IMG/VR virus record: IMGVR_UViG_3300037067_027639
Coordinates: 1-34,536 of that record
Source: a virus
Strand: one strand, 5' to 3'
Length of the DNA stretch: 34,536 bases
Shown: positions 8,748 to 14,782 of the stretch, piece by piece
How positions within the stretch are numbered: position 1 is the stretch's first letter
Layout of the letters: every line of letters starts with the position of its first letter
The notes under the pieces: model-generated
Databases searched by the model: none
Seen by the model: only the letters and a program-made list of their open reading frames with translations
Told to the model about the DNA's origin: nothing
Position numbers and translations under genes: made by a program

Positions 8748-9493
8748 ACAAGACCGCGATCGAGTGGTGCGATTATACCTGGAACCCGGTCACGGGCTGC
8801 AAGCACGACTGCCCGTACTGCTACGCACGAAAGATAGCCGAGCGATTTAAGGGAGGGAAGGCATGGCCCAACGGCTTTGCCCCGACTCTGCATCCAGAAC
8901 GGATGAACGACCCGATGAGACAGAAGACACCGCAGACAATCTTCGTATGCTCGATGGCGGATCTGTTCGGCACCTGGGTACCGGACGGATGGATTCACAC
9001 GGTCTTCATGGCAATGCTTCGGGCTCCGCAGCATAGGTACATCATGCTGACGAAGGATCCGAATCGAGCCGGGCATCGTTTCATGGACAACTTCTATTCA
9101 TTCGGTGAGAAACTGCTCCCCTCAAAAATCCCGCGGAACTGGTGGATTGGAGCAAGCGTCGAGTCCTCGCGATATACCGGGCGAATTGACGATCTGCGAA
9201 GGATCCCAACCGGCAACCTCTTCGTCTCTTTCGAGCCTCTGCTCGGCCCGGTCGATTCGGAAGACTTCCCTCTCGATCTAAAAGGAATTGCACAGGTCAT
9301 CGTGGGTGCGCAGACCAATCCAACAGTTATCCCCCCGTCGAATGCAATCAGCGATATCGTGAAAACCGCGAAAAACCAGAATGCTCTGGTCTTCTTCAAG
9401 GACTCGATGAACGGTGTACCCTGGCCTGGACAAAGCACGTTTGTGAACGTTCACGATCTCGCATGGCCGCTGCGGAAAGAGGTGAGCGCTTGA
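8744..9493 (+). CDS. DUF5131 / phage Gp37-Gp68 family protein (radical-SAM-like CxxxCxxC), 249 aa
   Basis: TAIEWCDYTWNPVTGCKHDCPYCYA, IFVCSMADLF, MLTKDP, FVSFEPLLG, FFKDS are characteristic motifs. Confidence 0.9.
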   Translation: MNKTAIEWCDYTWNPVTGCKHDCPYCYARKIAERFKGGKAWPNGFAPTLHPERMNDPMRQKTPQTIFVCSMADLFGTWVPDGWIHTVFMAMLRAPQHRYIMLTKDPNRAGHRFMDNFYSFGEKLLPSKIPRNWWIGASVESSRYTGRIDDLRRIPTGNLFVSFEPLLGPVDSEDFPLDLKGIAQVIVGAQTNPTVIPPSNAISDIVKTAKNQNALVFFKDSMNGVPWPGQSTFVNVHDLAWPLRKEVSA

Positions 9494-9711
9494 GCCCCCA
9501 CGCCCTCCGCCCTCACTGCATCGTCTGCGGCGCGAAACTCCCACACATGTCCCGGAAGGAAGCGATCGAGAAAGGCATGGCTGCGGAGGTGCAGGTGGAC
9601 AAAGGCCCGGCGCGAACCTTCTACCGCTGCATCGGCCGGCACAGCACCGAAGAATTCCTGCAGGCGATCGGGCTCGTGCCGAAGTTCGTCCGGGCCGGGA
9701 GCTGCAAATGA
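9490..9711 (+). CDS. Small Zn-finger-like protein, 73 aa
   Basis: TTGA overlap at 9490; CIVC...C..H. Confidence 0.6.
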   Translation: MSPHALRPHCIVCGAKLPHMSRKEAIEKGMAAEVQVDKGPARTFYRCIGRHSTEEFLQAIGLVPKFVRAGSCK

Positions 9712-9824
9712 TAGAAGAACAATTGATAGCTTACGCCAGTTATCTTCAATGGATCCGCACAAATCCTCCGATCGTTGAAGAGGCACAATTCTGGATGGAT
9801 ATCGAGATGATGGTGCGACCATGA
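9708..9824 (+). CDS. Micro-protein, 38 aa
   Basis: Hand translation MIEEQLIAYASYLQWIRTNPPIVEEAQFWMDIEMMVRP; ATGA overlaps at both ends. Confidence 0.55.
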   Translation: MIEEQLIAYASYLQWIRTNPPIVEEAQFWMDIEMMVRP

Positions 9825-9985
9825 CCTGCCGATATCAGGACTGTTACCTCTGCCCGATGGAGGGAAAGAAAACGTTCACGGATGGCCTGTCACATGAAGA
9901 CAGAATGCTCGCCATGCGCTCGATAGAAGGAGGCTGCGTAAGAATCGGGATGTTCAGAATCCAGCCCCGGCGGACTTCATCATGA
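9821..9985 (+). CDS. Small Cys-motif protein, 54 aa
   Basis: Hand translation MTCRYQDCYLCPMEGKK...GGCVRIG; ATGA overlaps at both ends. Confidence 0.6.
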   Translation: MTCRYQDCYLCPMEGKKTFTDGLSHEDRMLAMRSIEGGCVRIGMFRIQPRRTSS

Positions 9986-10134
9986 CCCACCATATCTGCA
10001 GGGACTGCCGGAAACCCTACGAGCGGGATCCCGCGGTCCAGGAGCGATGGAACCGGACGCGGCCCGAGACCGAGGGCCTCTGCCTTGACTGCATCGGGCG
10101 ACTCGCAACGGACAAAGCCATGGAGGAACCATGA
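9982..10134 (+). CDS. C2-C2 zinc-finger micro-protein, 50 aa
   Basis: Hand translation MTHHICRDCRKPYE...GLCLDCIGRL; ATGA overlaps at both ends. Confidence 0.7.
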   Translation: MTHHICRDCRKPYERDPAVQERWNRTRPETEGLCLDCIGRLATDKAMEEP

Positions 10135-10325
10135 AGACGCTCTTCGATTACTCGCAGCCGGACCCGCAGCAGGAGCACAGTGTCCCGGTCGGCCCGGTCC
10201 CGATCCGGAACTGGCCCCTGGCACTCAGCACGGCCCGAGAATGTCTCGGGAGATACGGTCATGCCCTCCCGGTGAGCAACGGGAGCGAGGACCGGCCGGC
10301 CTCTGGCGAGTGGAACGGGAGGTGA
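10131..10325 (+). CDS. Hypothetical protein, 64 aa, N-terminus MKTLFDY
   Basis: GGAGG before ATG; ATGA overlap. Confidence 0.65.
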   Translation: MKTLFDYSQPDPQQEHSVPVGPVPIRNWPLALSTARECLGRYGHALPVSNGSEDRPASGEWNGR

Positions 10326-10330
10326 CGTAG

Positions 10331-10573
10331 ATGGCAGATGAGCAGCAGCAGAACCCGAAAGGCCGATGGGGCACCACAAAGACCGGCCAGCAGGTCCACT
10401 TCTTCGTACGGCGCTCCGATAATGGCAATTGCGAGAGCCTCTGCGGCCGTATGAAAAACTATGATGAAGCCGTCAATACCAGGCTTGGCATGGAGCACTG
10501 GGATCCTGGTGACCCCAGAACCTGCAAGACGTGCCTGTCACTCATGAGGTGGGTCGAGAAAATAAAAAAATAA
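10331..10573 (+). CDS. Zn-finger-like protein, 80 aa
   Basis: GGAGGTGA ribosome-binding site upstream; HFF...SLCG...CKTC pattern. Confidence 0.75.
   Translation: MADEQQQNPKGRWGTTKTGQQVHFFVRRSDNGNCESLCGRMKNYDEAVNTRLGMEHWDPGDPRTCKTCLSLMRWVEKIKK
10559..10573 (-). terminator. Oligo-T terminator candidate for the minus-strand membrane gene
   Basis: Minus strand reads TTATTTTTTTATTTT directly after the stop at 10574. Confidence 0.5.
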
Positions 10574-10798
10574 TCAATCTTTCTTTTCCAATCTACGAAT
10601 CGCCATCTCGGTGGCAAGGCAAGACTGGAGTGTCACAGCCAGTCCCATTGTTGTAAATGCAAGTCCTGCTAAGGCAATCTTGACAGTCAGATCTTCAAAT
10701 CCCAATATCCCAACACCGAACACAAATGAATATCCTACACAACCGATGGCAACCGCGATTCGGAATCCATCAAAAGCCGTGAATCCTTTATACGTCAT
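10574..10798 (-). CDS. Small two-helix membrane protein, 74 aa (moron)
   Basis: Two hydrophobic stretches; AT-rich codons; TATA box 23 nt upstream and T-tract downstream. Confidence 0.7.
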   Translation of the reverse strand: MTYKGFTAFDGFRIAVAIGCVGYSFVFGVGILGFEDLTVKIALAGLAFTTMGLAVTLQSCLATEMAIRRLEKKD

Positions 10799-10820
10799 GA
10801 AATTGGATTCGGATTATGAG

Positions 10821-10828
10821 CATATAAA
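10821..10828 (-). promoter_or_regulatory. Archaeal TATA box (TTTATATG) for a leaderless transcript of 10574..10798
   Basis: Plus strand CATATAAA at 10821-10828, 23 nt from ATG 10798. Confidence 0.6.
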
Positions 10829-10993
10829 GATGATATATTTTTAACACTTCCCAGACTTTTTAGAGTTTCAGCATTTTCGGCAGTTCTGGGTGTTTTAGAA
10901 CTTCCTGAAGGTCGTCCTTGCTTATCTGCACTCTCCTGCCACCACTCTTTTGTAATACTCCGGCCCGCGAGCCGGGGAAGAGTTGTACAACTT

Positions 10994-11530
10994 ATGGCGG
11001 ATTTCAACCCAGAAGACCTTGACCTTCGAATCTCGGAGGTCTGGATGCGGTCCCTCACCGGATCGGCATTCAACAGCATGACGGACCCGCACGAAGACGA
11101 GCCCGTGATCGAGATCTCGACCGCAGAGATCGAGCAGTTCGGGGCGGCCGGCAAGGACAAGATCAACTACCTCGTCGAAGCAGACCTCTCGAAGCTGCCG
11201 TTCAAGGCCGGCCTCCTGACCAGTGTTGCGTGGGATCCCGTGAAGTATCCCGGCAAACGCCTCCTCTACCAGGCCGACCTCGCCTCAGTCCAGCAGGTCA
11301 AGTGGAGGAACCGCTGCTACTACCTGCCGCGCTACAAGTACATGCGCCGCCCGGACGACCCGAAAACCCGGTATATCGATGAGGGCGAACACGAGCTCGA
11401 GATCATGGTCCAGCTCACCAACATCACCACGAACTGGCAGCACGACGGTGAGACATATACGGCCTTCACCGAGCACCCCCGGATCGGCGACATGGTCACC
11501 CGGAAGATCAAGGTCATCGTGACGGAGTGA
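10994..11530 (+). CDS. Hypothetical protein, up to 178 aa (start may be 11045, after GGAGGT)
   Basis: ORF track; virus-like codon usage in most of the ORF; beta-rich C-terminus. Confidence 0.7.
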   Translation: MADFNPEDLDLRISEVWMRSLTGSAFNSMTDPHEDEPVIEISTAEIEQFGAAGKDKINYLVEADLSKLPFKAGLLTSVAWDPVKYPGKRLLYQADLASVQQVKWRNRCYYLPRYKYMRRPDDPKTRYIDEGEHELEIMVQLTNITTNWQHDGETYTAFTEHPRIGDMVTRKIKVIVTE

Positions 11531-11536
11531 TCGGGC

Positions 11537-11686
11537 ATGGCACTCTACGGCCCCAAGATCCCGGAGACGTTCGAGGCTACCAAGTACCCGGACGGCTCCT
11601 ATGTCGTCACTCGGGACGGCAAGCCGGTCATCATTCCTGGCCCCGAGTTCGAGGCCAAATATGTCCCTTTTGTGCAGCAGGGGTGA
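11537..11686 (+). CDS. Micro-protein, 49 aa
   Basis: Hand translation MALYGPKIPETFEATKYPDGSYVVTRDGKPVIIPGPEFEAKYVPFVQQG; GGAGTGA upstream; fills the gap between neighbours. Confidence 0.65.
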   Translation: MALYGPKIPETFEATKYPDGSYVVTRDGKPVIIPGPEFEAKYVPFVQQG

Positions 11687-11688
11687 CG

Positions 11689-12273
11689 ATGGCAGACCAT
11701 CCGTCCGTCACGGCATCAGCAATCCCCCCGTCATCGGGCGGCCACTGGGAAGGCGAATACTGGGTCGATGGCGACTACCGCGTGCACCGGAAATGGTGCG
11801 ACCACTACCCGCAGTACTACGGCCCGTGTGCAATTGACCCGGACCATGGCCAGGGAGATATCGAGCTGGACGACGCCCTTGCAAAAGCCCTTGCCAAAAT
11901 CGACGGGTACGGTGGCGTGGGGTCCACCAGCGGAGAACGGCACTGCTTCCAGGCAGCGTTCCTCCTGGCACACAACTTTGTCGAATCCTCGGCAGACATC
12001 CCCCCCGTCCCCAAATTCTGGCTTGACGAGGCCCACTACTGGATGAGCGGCATCACTGCAGGGCGACTCCTGAAAAAACAGAAGACCGCAGAGCAGAAGC
12101 AGGAGGTTGCGGAGACCGCCCTCGAAACCCTCACAACCTGGGGCGGCCTCATCTGGTCGAACAAGGAGACCAGGGCAAAAGTCGCCGGTCTCGTGACCTC
12201 CGCACTCGTGGCCGGGGGGATTGCCATCCCGCCGCTCGTGCAGGCCATCCTGAACTTCATGGGGGCGACGTAA
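11689..12273 (+). CDS. His/Cys-rich protein with C-terminal membrane segment, 194 aa
   Basis: ATG 11689 after GGGGTGA, in frame with track ORF 11527..12273; C-terminal VAGLVTSALVAGGIAIPPLVQAIL. Confidence 0.75.
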   Translation: MADHPSVTASAIPPSSGGHWEGEYWVDGDYRVHRKWCDHYPQYYGPCAIDPDHGQGDIELDDALAKALAKIDGYGGVGSTSGERHCFQAAFLLAHNFVESSADIPPVPKFWLDEAHYWMSGITAGRLLKKQKTAEQKQEVAETALETLTTWGGLIWSNKETRAKVAGLVTSALVAGGIAIPPLVQAILNFMGAT

Positions 12274-12275
12274 GA

Positions 12276-12362
12276 ATGTCCCGGGCCGACAAGGTCGCGT
12301 ATGCCATCTGCATCATCGTGATCGTTGCCGGCCTGGTCTATCTCTGGAGGTATTGCAAGTGA
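12276..12362 (+). CDS. Single-pass membrane micro-peptide, 28 aa
   Basis: Hand translation MSRADKVAYAICIIVIVAGLVYLWRYCK, starting 2 nt after the previous stop. Confidence 0.5.
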   Translation: MSRADKVAYAICIIVIVAGLVYLWRYCK

Positions 12363-12731
12363 ACAACAACGGGGCCGCGTTCCACTCGGAAAGACACATC
12401 CTTTCAGGGATCCATTCTCCCGCTCATCCCGGGCCGGCCCCATTCCCCCAACGGCAGCAGTTTCCATCATCCACCTTATCACGCTGCTGCCTGCGGGGAT
12501 TTTATCACTCTCAAACGGCTGCCAGAGGGTCACCGGGCTCACTGTCGTCCCGGGGCAGCCAGTCACCCGGCCGGGTAATAATCGTACAGAATCGTGAATG
12601 CCATGCCTCAGGTACTCGATTTCATAATCTAACCTCCGTGAAGGGAACCCTCTCAAGTCTCTCATCATCCGGGATAATTGAGCATCAATAAACTCCCCAG
12701 GCCGGGACCGATCACCTCCTGAAAAAACAAA
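12363..12731 (+). ncRNA. Candidate structured non-coding RNA or long tRNA leader
   Basis: No convincing ORF; stems GGCAGCAG(12453-60)/CTGCTGCC(12484-91) with outer TCCCC/GGGGA, and GGCTGCC(12517-23)/GGCAGCC(12554-60) with inner CCGGG/CCCGG. Confidence 0.4.
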
Positions 12732-12813
12732 ACCGCCGTAGCTCAGTCAGGTAGAGCGCCTCGTCCCTACTATGTGGGGGAGGACGTCGCGAGTTCAAAT
12801 CTCGCTGGCGGTA
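12732..12813 (+). tRNA. tRNA-like element with extended, anticodon-less arm (isotype undetermined, possibly pseudo-tRNA)
   Basis: Acceptor ACCGCCG/TGGCGGT + A; D stem GCTC/GAGC; T stem GCGAG/CTCGC with TTCAAAT loop; 5-nt variable loop; anticodon arm 25 nt instead of 17; no encoded CCA. Confidence 0.8.
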
Positions 12814-12816
12814 TCA

Positions 12817-13047
12817 ATGAACACGCTCCAGGGCCCCACCCTTTCAGATGCAAAAGGCGAGCGGCGGATCCGCAAACTGGAAGACACCCGGCTCAACATC
12901 TGGGTCGCCATCCTTGCCGCCATGGACAAGGTGGGCTGCATCGACCACGAGATCGCGGTGCTCCGCGAGGACCTTGAGGTGGGGCGGCTGCAGGCCCTGG
13001 TGGACCGGCCGGACCTGGGCGAGCTCAGGAAGGAGGCGTGGCTGTGA
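12817..13047 (+). CDS. Hypothetical protein, 76 aa
   Basis: ATG 3 nt after the tRNA-like discriminator, in frame with track ORF 12772..13047; stop overlaps next GTG. Confidence 0.65.
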   Translation: MNTLQGPTLSDAKGERRIRKLEDTRLNIWVAILAAMDKVGCIDHEIAVLREDLEVGRLQALVDRPDLGELRKEAWL

Positions 13048-14276
13048 AAAAAAAGGAACTGAAAAACGTCCCGATCACCTCCCTGGTCCCATACCAGAAG
13101 AAACTCCACGACACGAGCAAGGCGGTTCCCGATATCGCCCACTCCCTGGAAAAATTCGAGTACGTCAAGATCTCGGTCGTTGTCGATGAAAACCTGCAGG
13201 TCATCTGCGGACAGGGCGTCCTGAAAGCGATGGAGGAGATCGGGTGGGAAAAAGTCCCGGAGGTCACCCAGGTCATCGGAATGCCCGAGACGCTCAAGCG
13301 GGAATACCGGATAGCGGATAACCAGGCTGGCAGCCGCTCGAAATGGAACCCCGAAGACCTCCTCAAGGAAATCGAAGAGATCAAGCTCGATGACCCGGCC
13401 TTCCAGGTGGACGACATCGCGTTTGACCAGCGGGACCTGGACCAGATGCTCCACGACCTGGAAGACGAGAAGACCGAAGAGGACGACTTCGACCCCGCCA
13501 CCATCCGGCCCACGGACATCAAGTACGGCGATATCTATCAGCTGGGTCCCCACCGGCTCATGTGTGGGGATGCCACAAAACCCGAGGACCTGCAGAAGCT
13601 CCTGGACGGCCGTCAGACTCACCTGGTCTTCACGGATCCCCCGTATAACGTCGACTATACCGGCAAGACAAAGGACGCCCTCAAAATCGCCAACGACCAC
13701 ATGACCGAGTCGGAATTCTATAAGTTCCTGCTGCAGGCGTACCGGTGCATGTTCGACGCCTGCATGCCCGGGGCCCCCATCTATGTCTGCCATTCGGACT
13801 CTGAAACCCTCGCCTTCCGGCAGGCGTTCAAGGAAGCCGGCTGGGAGCTGAAGCAGTGCATCATCTGGGTGAAAGACCAGTTCGTTCTCGGCCGGCAGGA
13901 CTACCACTGGCAGCACGAGCCCATCCTGGAAGGATGCAAGGGGCACGAGCCGGTCCTTTACGGGTGGAAAGGTGGCAAGGCCCACCGCTGGTTCGGAGGC
14001 CGGAACAAGAGCACAGTCTGGGAAATCCCGAAGCCTGCCCGTAATGCCGAACACCCGACAATGAAACCGATCGAGCTGGTGGCCCGGGCCGTGAAGAACT
14101 CCTCGGTCAAGGGCAACGTGGTCCTGGACCCGTTCGGGGGCCTCGGGTCCACTCTCATGGCCTGCGAACAGACCGGCCGGATCTGCTGCACGAGCGAGCT
14201 GGGCCCGCACTACTGCCAGGGCATCATTGACCGATGGGAAAAATTCACTGGCAAGACTGCGGAGAAGGTCGCCTGA
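13044..14276 (+). CDS. ParB-like N-terminal domain plus N6/N4 DNA methyltransferase, about 410 aa (alternative start 13038)
   Basis: VVVDENLQVICGQG..YRIADN (ParB-like); HRLMCGDAT, VFTDPPYNV, HPTMKPIELV, VLDPFGGLGST; classic position before terminase. Confidence 0.92.
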   Translation: MKKKELKNVPITSLVPYQKKLHDTSKAVPDIAHSLEKFEYVKISVVVDENLQVICGQGVLKAMEEIGWEKVPEVTQVIGMPETLKREYRIADNQAGSRSKWNPEDLLKEIEEIKLDDPAFQVDDIAFDQRDLDQMLHDLEDEKTEEDDFDPATIRPTDIKYGDIYQLGPHRLMCGDATKPEDLQKLLDGRQTHLVFTDPPYNVDYTGKTKDALKIANDHMTESEFYKFLLQAYRCMFDACMPGAPIYVCHSDSETLAFRQAFKEAGWELKQCIIWVKDQFVLGRQDYHWQHEPILEGCKGHEPVLYGWKGGKAHRWFGGRNKSTVWEIPKPARNAEHPTMKPIELVARAVKNSSVKGNVVLDPFGGLGSTLMACEQTGRICCTSELGPHYCQGIIDRWEKFTGKTAEKVA

Positions 14277-14782
14277 TGGTCCGGAAGAAACCCGCCGCGA
14301 AGAAGAAGACGGCGCCGGCAAAAATCAGGAAGACCCGGGGCGCACCGACCAAGTACGACCCCGACATTCACCCGATAAAAGGGTGGACCCTGGCACAGAA
14401 AGGCTGCATCAACAAAGAGATCGCGGCCGGACTCAGAATTTCAACAGCCACGCTCGCCTCCTGGGTAAAAAAATTCCCGGAATTCCTGAGTGCCATTAAG
14501 GAGGGCAAGGAAGTCGCGGATGGAAAGGTCGCCAAGGCCCTGTATAAACGGGCGATCGGGTATAAGATTCCCGAGAAGAAAGTCACCCAGAACGCCGACG
14601 GGAGTATCCGGAAAGAAGTCACCGAGAAAGAAATCAGCCCTGACGTCACCGCGATCAAGTTCTGGCTTACCAACCGGGACCCGGAGAACTGGAAGGACAA
14701 GGTCGACCACGAGATCGGTGGCAAGGACGGGAAACCCATCGCGGTCAAGGTCCTCCGCGGCGTTAGCATGGAGGACCTATGA
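14276..14782 (+). CDS. terS: Terminase small subunit, 168 aa
   Basis: TGATG overlap; GAPTKY..NKEIAAGLRISTATLASW HTH, VAKALYKRAIGY, PDVTAIKFWLTNR; directly upstream of TerL. Confidence 0.85.
   Translation: MVRKKPAAKKKTAPAKIRKTRGAPTKYDPDIHPIKGWTLAQKGCINKEIAAGLRISTATLASWVKKFPEFLSAIKEGKEVADGKVAKALYKRAIGYKIPEKKVTQNADGSIRKEVTEKEISPDVTAIKFWLTNRDPENWKDKVDHEIGGKDGKPIAVKVLRGVSMEDL

Noticed and set aside
10981-10992. Perfect 12-bp palindrome AGTTGTACAACT just before ATG 10994, plus nearby hairpin
   Set aside because: About eight 12-bp palindromes are expected by chance in 34.5 kb, and no second copy was seen to support an operator
12036-12668. 210-aa minus-strand ORF
   Set aside because: Overlaps two well-supported + strand genes and has no recognisable motif; kept only as an alternative explanation for the intergenic region
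12759-12783. Calling the tRNA-like element tRNA-Arg(CCT) with an intron, or an amber/pyrrolysine (CTA) tRNA
   Set aside because: The Arg reading needs an 8-nt intron with no BHB and a G-G mismatch closing the loop; CTA cannot be centred in a 7-nt loop with a paired stem
12732-12813. tRNA as an attachment site marking a provirus end
   Set aside because: It has viral genes on both sides and no integrase nearby, and no duplicate of its 3' half was seen
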